Origin: Carpediemonas membranifera BICM
Taxonomy: Eukaryota > Protista > Fornicata
DNA: 64,000 nt
Assembly (NCBI GenBank): GCA_019828565.1
Contig: JAHDYR010000008.1
Span: 124,001 to 188,000, forward strand
Direction: 5' to 3'
Shown piece after piece: positions 14,493-25,168 of this stretch; positions within the stretch are counted from its first letter, which is position 1; the number at the start of each line of letters is the position of its first letter. The notes beneath the pieces were generated by a model, which was not told the DNA's origin, did no database searches, and saw only the letters and a list, made by a program, of their open reading frames with translations. Made by a program: the position numbers and the translations under genes.

Positions 14493-17400
14493 TCACAGAG
14501 CAACCTTTACAACCCTATCATCGCTATCCACCACAACGCACTCCACGGCCAGCATGGCAGCCTTCAACGTGGCGATCTCCTGTCTCAAGCGAACTCGCCT
14601 CCCAGCCAGCGGGCATTCTGTGCTCGTACAAACCGACTCTGCTCCGTCAGTCACGCCCAGACAGCGTTGGCACTCACGTCTAGCAGCCTGGTGAGCCAAG
14701 GTAAGAATCCTCAATGAGTGACAGAGACCGGCATACGCCGCATGTCGGTTCAACGAACACGCGAGACAAAGTGTGAACCCCGCCTCGAGTAGAACATTAC
14801 ATAGCGGACATGTAGCAGACACGAAGAACTCCGCCCTCGAGCCGACAAGATGATACGGCGGACACAATGCCGTGTCTCGCACTGGAAGCCGGCCGCCAGA
14901 CGCCCAGGCGGATGGGTCGACCCCGACGAGCTTGAGAACTCTCTGGAGCGGAGGTACGAGCTGCTTATCGATGTAGTAGCCGACTGCAGGGGCGAGACGC
15001 CAGTCTGACATGAGCAGGGTTGGGTGGACGGCGCGTTGGGCAAGCTTGGCGTTGCCTCGACCGTCGGCGATGATGTAAGGCACCCGCTCTCCGGCAGCAG
15101 GCATACCCTCAGTGGTGGCGGCCTCGAGAGCCGCAGCGGCGTGTGGGACCTTGTTTGCATCTGCGTATTTCCCCAGCCGGGCCTCCTTGTGAATTATGAG
15201 GTCCGGCAGCGGTGTAAATCCCGCACGTAAATCTCTCACGACCCTGGAGAACACGTGCTTGGCTTGACTGATGTCATTTGTCTGGAAAAGTGTGGTCAAG
15301 ACAGATTCGACTGTACTCCGAGTCAGAGGACAGTAATCACGTCGAACTGCCTCGAGTCCCTTCGCCTCAAACCGAGGGAGCTCGCCAGCTGCCCAAAGTA
15401 GCCCGGCATACCGCTTCTTGGTGACGATAGCAGAGGGGAAGTAGACCTTTTCGTACTGAAGTTTGATCGGTCGCGGGTTGACTGCCGTGACGGCGTCAGC
15501 TAGTGCTAGAGCCTCGTCCTCGGCCTCAGCGGGGGTCAGGCCGGGGAAGAGGACGAACATGCTGTCTGTGTCGCCATAGATGACCCGCGGAGTGTGACCA
15601 TTACTTAAACTGCGAGACTCAGCGAGTTCCATTGCAGTTTCGAGTGTGTATCTTCCCTGCTCGACGATGGCGTCTGCCACGTCGACCATGGGCAATCTTC
15701 CGACGAACCCGGCAGCCGTATATCCGTATGTGACGTTTGCCACCATTTTCAGGCTCATCTGCTCGTTGTTGAGACGAGACAGCACGCTCCTGTCTGTCTC
15801 GCCTTTCATCCGCTGCTTGATAGCTACCCGTGTTGCCAGAATCTCCGAGAGCATGCGGGGAAACACGCCAGGTCGCTCTGAAGCTCTTGCGAAAGCCAGC
15901 CCAGTCTCGATTGTCTTAACACCATTCCGGCTGATCATCGCCTTCACTGCTTCCTGGTCGACAGCGTACGGCAGCACACCAAGCTTCTGAACTGCAGCAC
16001 CTGGTCGACCCAAACATGTTGAGTAACATAAGTTATAACCCACCATGACACTAGGATAGAGCGATCTGAAGTCGAGAACGGCAACAGGGTCAGTGTAGAT
16101 GCCACTGTGGGGCTCAAGAACCAGCGGGATGCTCTCGGGCATCGACTGCTGTCTGACTTGCATCCTGGAGGGGGAGGGCTGGATGAAGCGGGCAACCTTG
16201 CACAGTCGGATGAGAAGGCCCTCGACTCGGTACTGAGAGCCACGAGTCCAGATTGACTCGAATTCTACACCGTAGATACGAGCGAATCTGGCAGATTTGG
16301 TAAATATTTCGGTCTCATCACAGACTCTGAGTGATGCCATCACCCGGCGATTCAGGTGGCGAAGTGCGGCATCGCGTGTAATGCCGGAATCCAGCATTCT
16401 GGAGAGCGTGGCGTGTGAGATTGTTGGAAGTGTTTCGTTGAATCTCTTTGAAGATACAATTTCGAGAGAATATGCGTGGAGCTTGATTTCAAAGCGAATC
16501 AGGCGCCAGATCGAACCTGCGATTCTGCCGGAAAGAACGCCAGGCATTGCCGGATTTCTGGAACAAATCGAATTGAGATCTATGCCGAGGGCAGTGCATC
16601 TGGAAGATATGTAACCGAACCCCATCTTCCCCAAATCCCAAGATATGACTAAATCAGGATCATATCTAGCAACCAGCTGAGCAAATCTCAGCAGCATCAG
16701 CTTCTCCTCCGCAAAGCACTCAGATCCACCCCCAACAGTCTGCCCGACGTATAATAAATAGCGGTCAACCGAGGTAGGGGCGTCCAACTGCTGAAAGACC
16801 AGACAAATCGCCCGCAGAGGATTGAGCTTGGCCACAGGATACGGCCCCTGCGTCTGGGCGATTCCTTCGCAGATTAATGCTGCGAGTTCGACTCGACTTG
16901 ACTCGTGAGTGAGTTGGCCTCTCAGGAGCCCAGCCTTAGCCCCCCGCCTACCCCCATGAGAAGTCGACCCACAGTTTTGAGTGAAAGGAACGGACGCCGC
17001 GGTGTTGAGAAGCATGGCGAGGGAGGTCAGGCCCGGGTCGAGCATGTATAGGTGGTGCTCGGTCGACCGGCGGGCCAAGTGTGCTTCCATCAAATGATTG
17101 GTGACAATGTCTCGCGGGATAGAAGCGGTCGGGATACCGAGCCATTTGGTCGGGGAGAAGAGGGGCAGACCGGCCTTGGAGAACTTGAGCCGGACTCCAG
17201 CAAGTGTGACCGGAACCCTGGGGATGTCAGAAAGATCAGATATATGGATCTTATATGTGATCTTTGCCGCATCGAAAGGTGGGGTGGGCTGTGACCGCTT
17301 GATCTGGGATTCCGGCAAGCCGTTGTCATACCGATAGGCGTCAGAGTCAACCTCAGTCTCGGAGTCGGAGTCGGAGTCAGAGTCGGCCTCGTCTCCGGCA

Positions 17401-18683
17401 CCGAGGTCGAGCAGCCTCGACTCTCTTGGATCGCCATCATCATCGTCGTCCCCGCCCCCGGCAATGATCACGGACTCGAGTAGCCCCGCATCAGGCGAGG
17501 AGGCAGACCAGTCGGACTCACACCCACCTCCACCACCGGCCAGGGCGTCTGCTGAGACATCAGGACTCGGGATAAAGTCGGACGACTCCTCGTCATCGCC
17601 AGCAGCGTAGTACCCCATTGCCCGCCTCATACTGGTGTTCCTGCGGGTCTGGGCACTCGGCTCGACCACTGTCTTGTCCATTGATGTGTCTGGATCTGTC
17701 TGGCTGGCGTCAAACATACCGGCGACAACAGCATGGTTGACAAGTTGGGTGACAGTTCCTAAATCTTGACTCGGATCAGCGGTCATGAATCTATTAATCA
17801 AACACTTCACGACCTTTGAATCAGGACCGGTCTGAATTCGATTGACCGTCGCCCTTTGGCTTTCTTGGCTGGGAATCAGAGTGGCAAGAGATGGGAGCAT
17901 CAGATCGTCTCCAGAAACCGTCAGGGGGTCCTCAGGAAGGGGCTTGAGCTCTCTGAATGCTGGGGGTTTTGGGCCGAGGACTAGGTCAACCTCGACTTCA
18001 GCTCGGGTCTGCCGGAAAAGAGGAGATTCTCGTAAACTATTGAGATAATCATTAGGGTCTCTCTTACCTATCCAATCAGGTCTCCCGGGCACTGCAGCCC
18101 TGTCTCTTCTCAGACTCTGGCTGATGTTGAGGGCGTGACTCCCCCTATCCATTGGCAACAGATCGTGGTCCGTAAGAAGCTGCATGATGTACGATAGGTG
18201 GGCGCTATACGGTGTGCGCGGCTTCTGCTGCCACCCCCCGGCTCTGATGATGTCGGCGAGGGCGGTGACGTGCTTGGGGTCTAACAGGAATACTCTGAGG
18301 AAGAACGACTCTGCGGGATGGTAGCCGTAGAAGCATGTGCCGGTTACTACAGTGGAGGTGTACACTAGTGGCCCTGGGGTGCGAAATCTGTCGCATAGTA
18401 TGGCGTTGAGCGCACGTGAGAGTGAGTGTATGTGAGGCACGAGCTCGGAAACTTGGGCAGGAATCTCGGCAGAATGGATGGGAATATCAACGTAGGGGAA
18501 GTAGTTGTGGATGTGTACGCATGCTAGAGCACCTGTGGAGACCAGAGGGCCGTATATGTTGAGCACAGGGACGAACGGCAGCAGCTGGCCGTTATACGGC
18601 GCAATACACGGATCTAGCTTGGGATGTGGATGCTTGTCTAGCTGAACATCTGTGCTGAAGATGGAAACGAGCAATTCACTCAT
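14493..18683 (-). CDS. REV3: DNA polymerase zeta catalytic subunit
   Basis: DFRSLYPS, KMVANVTYGYTAAGFVGRLP, YGDTDS, RGSQYRVE, KGLEAVRRD, C-terminal CysA/CysB. Confidence 0.95.
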   Translation of the reverse strand: MSELLVSIFSTDVQLDKHPHPKLDPCIAPYNGQLLPFVPVLNIYGPLVSTGALACVHIHNYFPYVDIPIHSAEIPAQVSELVPHIHSLSRALNAILCDRFRTPGPLVYTSTVVTGTCFYGYHPAESFFLRVFLLDPKHVTALADIIRAGGWQQKPRTPYSAHLSYIMQLLTDHDLLPMDRGSHALNISQSLRRDRAAVPGRPDWIGKRDPNDYLNSLRESPLFRQTRAEVEVDLVLGPKPPAFRELKPLPEDPLTVSGDDLMLPSLATLIPSQESQRATVNRIQTGPDSKVVKCLINRFMTADPSQDLGTVTQLVNHAVVAGMFDASQTDPDTSMDKTVVEPSAQTRRNTSMRRAMGYYAAGDDEESSDFIPSPDVSADALAGGGGGCESDWSASSPDAGLLESVIIAGGGDDDDDGDPRESRLLDLGAGDEADSDSDSDSETEVDSDAYRYDNGLPESQIKRSQPTPPFDAAKITYKIHISDLSDIPRVPVTLAGVRLKFSKAGLPLFSPTKWLGIPTASIPRDIVTNHLMEAHLARRSTEHHLYMLDPGLTSLAMLLNTAASVPFTQNCGSTSHGGRRGAKAGLLRGQLTHESSRVELAALICEGIAQTQGPYPVAKLNPLRAICLVFQQLDAPTSVDRYLLYVGQTVGGGSECFAEEKLMLLRFAQLVARYDPDLVISWDLGKMGFGYISSRCTALGIDLNSICSRNPAMPGVLSGRIAGSIWRLIRFEIKLHAYSLEIVSSKRFNETLPTISHATLSRMLDSGITRDAALRHLNRRVMASLRVCDETEIFTKSARFARIYGVEFESIWTRGSQYRVEGLLIRLCKVARFIQPSPSRMQVRQQSMPESIPLVLEPHSGIYTDPVAVLDFRSLYPSVMVGYNLCYSTCLGRPGAAVQKLGVLPYAVDQEAVKAMISRNGVKTIETGLAFARASERPGVFPRMLSEILATRVAIKQRMKGETDRSVLSRLNNEQMSLKMVANVTYGYTAAGFVGRLPMVDVADAIVEQGRYTLETAMELAESRSLSNGHTPRVIYGDTDSMFVLFPGLTPAEAEDEALALADAVTAVNPRPIKLQYEKVYFPSAIVTKKRYAGLLWAAGELPRFEAKGLEAVRRDYCPLTRSTVESVLTTLFQTNDISQAKHVFSRVVRDLRAGFTPLPDLIIHKEARLGKYADANKVPHAAAALEAATTEGMPAAGERVPYIIADGRGNAKLAQRAVHPTLLMSDWRLAPAVGYYIDKQLVPPLQRVLKLVGVDPSAWASGGRLPVRDTALCPPYHLVGSRAEFFVSATCPLCNVLLEAGFTLCLACSLNRHAAYAGLCHSLRILTLAHQAARRECQRCLGVTDGAESVCTSTECPLAGRRVRLRQEIATLKAAMLAVECVVVDSDDRVVKVAL

Positions 18684-18784
18684 CTCCCTGATCCGTGTTT
18701 TGCAAAACCCGCAGAGTCAACTCAGTCTCGTCCTCGAAGGTCACCGCGTGCGTGTTGGTCACCCCAGGTCGTCATTCAGGGAGT

Positions 18785-20356
18785 TTATTGAGGGGTTGGG
18801 TCGACATCGACTGGGGTGATCTCCTTCCACGTGCTGGGTGCCTCTTCCTCGACCAGCTTAGCCGTGCCATCCGACACTTTTGCCACGCTGAACCATTGGT
18901 CGGCTGAGTCGCGGAACTCAATACAAGCACGGCCATCGTGATCATTGAACGCTGTCGCCTCAATAGGGGCAATGCAGAGCTTATCCCAAGCGTTGAAGGA
19001 GTGGGTGACGCCCTCGGTCACCCTGAGAATCTGATCATGATAGAAAAAGAACCCCTTGGCCCTCTCTGGGAACTGGAGCGGGGTGGGTGTGAGGCAGATG
19101 TCGCCCCTGCTATGGCCCGGCAGCAGGCCCGACTGGGCGATATGAGGTGTAACTGGGCCAGCGAAGAGCAGCTGGCGGTCGCTGAGGAAGACAGCAAAGT
19201 TCTCTTCATATGTCACGATCCGGTCGACCCTGTAGGGCAGGTCGACGAACCGTGACATCTCATTCTGGTGCCCGAGCCCCAACCGGCCACAATCATTTCT
19301 CCCACTGATCATCTGCCGATTGCCCATGGAAAGTATGACAGTCGATGAAAAGAAACCTCCGTCATGCATGATGTGATCTGGGACAAAGTCAGTGGGCACA
19401 GCGACTGGGTGGAAGAGATGGCTGTTGTCCTGCTCGACTTCGCCGGTAAACCATAAAGCCATGAAGCCACTCATGACAGTGCCGACCGGGGTGAGTATGA
19501 AAGTCTGATCTCCCTTCATCGACACATCAGTTACCATCCTGTGCTTTTCCCAGGGGGCTGGCCTAGAGCTTGGCGATCTTGGGAAAGCTGGGGAAGGTGA
19601 GGCGGGTCGGGTCGACGAACCCAGATGACTTAAACCCCAGCAGACCAAGATTGTTGCCCCCCAGCCCCACAGGCCCTTGGGCGTCCTGGCGATGTGGGCG
19701 GTTTCACCGCTGTAGACCTCGAGGGCCCTGGGCATCCTAGCCCTGGTGAAGACGGTGTGGTGCTTCGTGTAGAGCATGAAGAGTCTGCCCATGTACACCA
19801 GTGACAGCAGAGTTCACCAGCGTAGCTCTCGCCGTCCTTCTCGGCGACGTTCACCGTGAAGAAGAACTTGCGGCAGAGGAGCCAAAGGCACTTGGCCTTG
19901 GGCATGTTGAGCTCTCTGTGCTTGATCTTTAGCCTGTCCTCGAGGTCGGGGTTGGCCCTGCCACCCAGCAGACACGCCCACACCGCGCCCTGGTTGAGCG
20001 TGTGCATGGCGGCAGGGAGCTCCTGCACAGCCGTGAGCTCAACGTTCATGGACAGTGGGGGGCCATCTGTGAGGATCGAGCGGGCGCGGTCGAGGAGGCG
20101 TTGAGCGCTTGGTTCGAGAGGTGGGATCTCTAAGAGCGTGGCGACGAGGGACGACGAGAGAAGTGACGCTTGTTGGCGTGGTAATGCTCTCTTCGTTGTT
20201 GTCTGAGGGTATTTCCTCGTCAAAATGCCTGGAGCAGGCGTGCTGGAGTAAAGATGGGATGTCCCCGGAGATAGAGGCCGTTAAGGTGAGCGCGGCGCGG
20301 AATGCAGAGATCAGCGCATCTCTAGTATCTGCTGGCGAGGAACTAGCGGTGCTCAT
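18785..20356 (-). pseudogene. RCC1/BLIP-II-like repeat family gene, frameshifted paralogue of 57582-59291
   Basis: Shared GDIPSL, AQRLLDRARSILTDGP.LSMNVELT, ANPDL and GRLGLGH are split over several frames. 10-bp tandem duplication near 20142-20161. PTRLTF lies in an alternate frame followed by TAG. Confidence 0.8.
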
Positions 20357-20995
20357 TCCTCCTAGCGCCCGCTCCGGTAGTAGCAAAAATCCGTCGACTG
20401 TTCGACTCCGAAGCGCTGGGACATTCACCGGCTCATGTTTGACATCGCCGTCGCCCTTGCTGAGGGCAACTTCCGGGTCTACAACGCCTCAGCAGGCGCG
20501 GGTGACCGCTCCTACTAATATCCCCCCTCCCGCTGACACCGCGGTCGCCCAGACCGTGGACCCGAGTCAGAGTTTGATGTTTGATGTTTGATGTGTCGTC
20601 TCCTCCCGGTGACACAGTGGTGTCGCTCTGGGTGTGGACTTGAGTCAGTCGGACGTGCCGGTCTACATGCTTCTTTGCGTTGTATGTAGATGTGGTCAGT
20701 TAGCCTGTTGCTCGGGTGGTTAACAAGGGTGAGGGAATAAAAAGGAAGGTTCGACTCCGAAGCGAGTCGAACAAAGAGTGGTTTACTGTGAATCCTACCG
20801 GAGGGGGGGTGCTGAGACCAGATGACCGGGTGGGATCCCAGCTGAATTAAACAAAGACTGCCGATCATTCTCCCTGCCGTTGCCGTGACCATGGTCTCAT
20901 TCATTGTACAGTTTACCGCTTACTCCTCTCTGAACATCAGTCTTGCCATTTGCTCAACGTACCTCACGTCGAACTCGACTGACGGCTTATCAGAC

Positions 20996-21352
20996 TCACG
21001 CCACAGGTACTTCGTAAGTTGAAGGCGAAAGCACTTCATTGATGGAAGCGCAAAAACTTACCTGTTGGGCACACACGAGGAACGCCGACCATTCTTCGAG
21101 GGTGCCACGGGCTGGGCGGCGGAGAGTGCATGGATCCGTGGCGGACCCAATCACGTTCTTACGAAACACCTCCCGCGATGAATGGCGCAGGCGCTTCCGT
21201 TTTTGAGCAATAGCGTTGTATAGCTTGTCTCTGGGAATCCCTGTTTCGTGAGAGAGGGCCTGGTAGTCATCTTCTGAGGGATAGGGGCTGAATAGATGGG
21301 CTTGGAACCATTCGGCGATAACACGGGACTGCTTGTCAGGGTAGCGAGGCAT
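20996..21352 (-). CDS. Divergent TALE-class homeodomain protein
   Basis: EWFQAHLFSPYPSEDDYQALSHETG (PYP loop). Helix 3 is degenerate (NAIAQKRKR rather than NWFINARRR). Confidence 0.75.
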   Translation of the reverse strand: MPRYPDKQSRVIAEWFQAHLFSPYPSEDDYQALSHETGIPRDKLYNAIAQKRKRLRHSSREVFRKNVIGSATDPCTLRRPARGTLEEWSAFLVCAQQVSFCASINEVLSPSTYEVPVA

Positions 21353-21502
21353 TATGACTAGTGGTGTACGTTTGCTGCTTTTGAGAATAGCTGCATGTCA
21401 TATCAGACATGTCATTACTGTTGCCATACAGTGGTCAAGGATGGTCCACGATTGAGACCATCACAGCACTGGCTGGGGTAGCAGGAGGCGAGTGTGTGTG
21501 AG
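21343..21502 (-). repeat. Conserved upstream block, copy 1 (includes the homeobox ATG)
   Basis: ~160 bp nearly identical to 59718-59877. Weaker similarity continues for ~50 bp. Confidence 0.9.
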
Positions 21503-21661
21503 TGCTCGTGAGGGATATACCAGCGCGGTCTTTGGCCATCAACACTCACCAGCCAAAATGCAAAAGGATACAGGTGCATATCAAGGTTTAATGCAGTTAT
21601 ATTGCTGTTAATAAGTAAATACACGATGTACATATATCAATGCTGAGTCAACCCACCCAAC

Positions 21662-22693
21662 TCACTCCAAACCCCACCGCCCGAGTCGACCGAGCCTCTC
21701 CCCCAAAGCCAGCGCCACCCTATCCCGCACGGGGCCGGCCGAGACCGCACTCAGCAGCTGCAGAGTCGTAGATACATCAGCCATGGTCTTCTTGGGGCCG
21801 GCTAGGGTTGTGGGGTGGGCTGAGTGGCGGCGGAGTCGCGTTGCTGCGGTCTCGAGTCGAGTCAGTTCCGCGGTGAGGTGAACGACGTCTTGGGAGAGGA
21901 GACGCACAGCTGCGGAGTCTGCAAGAGAGCATACAGCCTCTTTTGTAGACTTCTGGAATGCCGCATGAGCGGCCTCCATCAAATTCGTCTTGACTCGAGC
22001 AGAGTCGTGGTATCTGATCAGTACAGACCACACAGAGTCGAGTGTCTGCTTTCGATCCCACTCTGATACTCTGTGCCGGAATTCACGCCGGACTCTCCCG
22101 TTCCTCCGGCAATCCGCAATCCAATGCCGGAAAACTAGGCCGGCCAACCGGTGTGAGCGGAACTCGTCTGCTTTTCGGTCTACCACAGCCTCTTTGGTCG
22201 CTACTCGGAGGTGCAACAGCGCCTTCTTCATCAGAAGTGTCCGGCAATGATCGGTCGCGATGATAGATACCCGTGCTTCGCGTACCCATCCCACAAAGGC
22301 GTTTCTAGTAATAAGATAATCTCCGTGGGCCCTCGCAAAGAGTCTGCGGCTGACTATTAGTTTGTATTGAGTGAATGCCGTCTGGAGAATGCTTCGTTTG
22401 TTGAATCTGTAGGCTGAAGAAAGCTTGGATCGGTACCGTTCAACTTTCACTATGCATGCACACCAGGAGGAGAACCCATGGGAGGTGATTCGGTGCTCGT
22501 CATAAAGCTCAGCAAGACGCTCCATGCGCTGGACATCATTCATTCGCTTGTACCACATAGAAAGACTTCTCGCCAGCAATACTCGATTACAGTGTATATC
22601 TGCAAGTGGTTCTACGAATTGTGTGATCGCTAGCCCTCCATCTGTCGCTGTACTCTCATCCAGCCCACCCATCGCGTAGTCGCCACAGCGCAC
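21662..22693 (-). CDS. Sfi1-repeat-like (centrin-binding) protein
   Basis: Periodic L..aF..W motifs (HGFSSW, NAFVGW, LVFRHW). Confidence 0.5.
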   Translation of the reverse strand: MRCGDYAMGGLDESTATDGGLAITQFVEPLADIHCNRVLLARSLSMWYKRMNDVQRMERLAELYDEHRITSHGFSSWCACIVKVERYRSKLSSAYRFNKRSILQTAFTQYKLIVSRRLFARAHGDYLITRNAFVGWVREARVSIIATDHCRTLLMKKALLHLRVATKEAVVDRKADEFRSHRLAGLVFRHWIADCRRNGRVRREFRHRVSEWDRKQTLDSVWSVLIRYHDSARVKTNLMEAAHAAFQKSTKEAVCSLADSAAVRLLSQDVVHLTAELTRLETAATRLRRHSAHPTTLAGPKKTMADVSTTLQLLSAVSAGPVRDRVALALGERLGRLGRWGLE

Positions 22694-22738
22694 TTTATGT
22701 CCAGACGAAAAACAGCCGAGCCAACGACAACCACGCCA

Positions 22739-23647
22739 TTAAATGCTCTCAACCTTCTCGAGCCATATGTCCACGCTGTTCATCATCATCGTAGCCACCC
22801 CCTTTGCATGCTGCAATGCTTCGTACCTCGGCCCGATGCCCTTCCACACCGCCTCCAGCCGGGCAATGCCGTCCCTCCCCCCAAGCTCTAGATCCCGAGT
22901 GTATCTCGGAATCTTATTCACCAAATCCCTATTGACCACCGAAGGTGACACAGGGGGTGTTTCCGGCTCCTTAAACTTCCCCGGCATCATGATCGGCCCA
23001 CGATCCTTTCTCAATCGCCCAGTCTTCGCCTTATCCTTCTCCCCGCCAGCCCCTGCTACACCGCTCAGGGGCCTATATACAGTTCGTACAACCTCACCAT
23101 ACTCTTTCATTCGTGAGTGGGCATTTTGCTTCTTCGCTATTCTGCGCTTTGCAGCCTTCTCCTCCGCCATGGAAGCTATGCCGGCAGTAGCCCGGAAATA
23201 CTTCGGCGTGGCGCCGCCGTCGACGACAGAGTGGTCGGCAGAGGTCGAAATCTCGAGCTTTGTCCGCTCGTACTTGGCTATGTGCGCAGATATGTCTGCC
23301 TGGGACGGGTTCTTCTTCACTTTGCGGAGTGTTGCGTTTTGTTCCTTCCGCAACGCCTCTTCCTCTTCGGCGAGGCGCTTGGCCTCCTCCTCTTTGCGCT
23401 TGTACAACGGTTTGGGGGTACGCAGAGGAGTTGTGATGACAGGGATCTCAGGTGCTCGTCGTGAAGGCATCGGCGAATGCTTTGGCGTGTAGGAGCCGAG
23501 ACGCTTCTTGATATCGAAAAACTCCCGCTCGATGGCGCTTCTCCAGTTACTGGAATCCCGAGTTGATGGTCTCTTCATTGTTTGATTGCGCCAATCTGTA
23601 TCAGATGGAGTTTCTGGCACATTCATTCCGTTTGCTGTCGTTTCCAA
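22739..23647 (-). CDS. Hypothetical basic/coiled-coil protein
   Basis: 302-aa ORF with protein-like composition. First ATG near 23623. Confidence 0.6.
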   Translation of the reverse strand: METTANGMNVPETPSDTDWRNQTMKRPSTRDSSNWRSAIEREFFDIKKRLGSYTPKHSPMPSRRAPEIPVITTPLRTPKPLYKRKEEEAKRLAEEEEALRKEQNATLRKVKKNPSQADISAHIAKYERTKLEISTSADHSVVDGGATPKYFRATAGIASMAEEKAAKRRIAKKQNAHSRMKEYGEVVRTVYRPLSGVAGAGGEKDKAKTGRLRKDRGPIMMPGKFKEPETPPVSPSVVNRDLVNKIPRYTRDLELGGRDGIARLEAVWKGIGPRYEALQHAKGVATMMMNSVDIWLEKVESI

Positions 23648-23940
23648 GCGGCGTTATGTACTACGTAAATGAGCTCATGTACACTGATTTTGACACCGCC
23701 GCTCGCGTCCAAGTAGAGACAAAAGATCTTCATAATCCAGGAGAAGCTTCAATACAGCCCCAATAGGCATCTCTCAATGCCGGCCACCCCCAACCCGACC
23801 ATCGTATGAAGGCCCAGCCCCGCCATCTTGCAATCAAGACATACAGGCCGCAACTCTGGCATCGTCCCTAGTTTCTCGTGGTCTCCAGTCCCGTGAACCA
23901 GTCGACGGACGAAGTCAATTGGCACGAAAACATTAAGAAC

Positions 23941-25015
23941 ATGTCCCTGGCCGCAAATCCGTTCCTTTTCTACAACCTAGGAGCAGAGATGGTCTATATC
24001 CTCTCACAGCGCCTCGAAGCCCAGTTCATTGCGGCAGAAAAGCAGCAACGCGTCATAGGCGACCTTGTATGTTGTCCCTGGATAGCTTACGCAGCTCACG
24101 AACCTCTTCTCTCGCAACTTCGCCAGTGAACAGTTTGCGCCGCAGCCGACATACGCGTACCATTCGTTCAAGCATATTCTAACCCGTGTTGTCCAGTCAA
24201 GCGTGCTCAAGCTCTCTGATGCCTCGATGACGCGCCTTCTCCAGCTCATGACGTCCACCGTGAAGTTTCAGATGATCAATGTCGGCGACCTTGAAGGCGC
24301 CCTCGACCTTTTCAAGCGTCACATCTCTGGCATCACTGCAGTAATGGGTGGCACCCTCCCCAGCAGCATCCAGTCCCGCGTCAACACAGTGAGCGGCATG
24401 TTTGACGAACTCATGGGTGAGCTGAACCCCTGGGACCGCCTCGTGACGTTCCAGGACATCATTATCTTCTTCCAGAGCCACCACATCAAAGTATCCCTCC
24501 TACTTCAGTATAAGGCGCAGTATAGCGACGGAACACCGTTCATACTGTCACACAGGGGCAAGACATACGCCGGCCCACTCAAAGCACCGCCAGAACCAGC
24601 CCCTGAGTACCGAAGCACGCTTGATCTCCCGCCGATGGGGACGAACTTGTATGCACTCCCACGCCCATCTACGTCCACGCATACCGTCGCATGTCCTCTC
24701 GCGCAGCTAGCCACTCTGGCACTCGGTAAGGACCACACTGTCGCGATCATTGAGAACCCCACGACTAACGCGACCGGGATACTCGGCGAGAGGGACATTG
24801 GGACGGACATCCAAGTGGCGCTGTCCGTATTCGATAGCGAGGACAGCCCGGCCAGACCCCAAGCGAGGGGCACTGATGGGAGTCCCGTGACGAAGACCAG
24901 CGTTGACCGGGGAAGGTATGACGCTGAGATGGCGCGGTTCGAGGCTGGTGGGGGAGGGGAGCAGCGGCAGGCAGACGAGAACGACCTGCTCGATTTACTG
25001 GACGATTTGGAGTAA
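23941..25015 (+). CDS. OSCP1: OSCP1 homologue (28-nt intron 24067-24094)
   Basis: PFLFYNLGAEMVYILSQRLEAQ...LKLSDASMTRLLQLMTSTVKFQ. The GTATGT...GCAG intron joins the two ORFs in frame. Confidence 0.85.
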
Positions 25016-25168
25016 AGAACGTCAGACGACTGAAGGTGATATTTAGAGATATTCTCAGGTCAAACAGGGCTTATGGTGGTGTCATTCTTAAATAGCATAA
25101 TTTAAGACCAACGGGTCAGCCCTACCGCAATAAATTTATCAGTCGAATGCTACCGGCATATCCAAGTG

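Noticed and set aside
17340-17385. (GAGTCG/A)n repeat, with similar ones near 34832 and 38728
   Set aside because: Coding Ser-Asp low-complexity tracts, not arrays.
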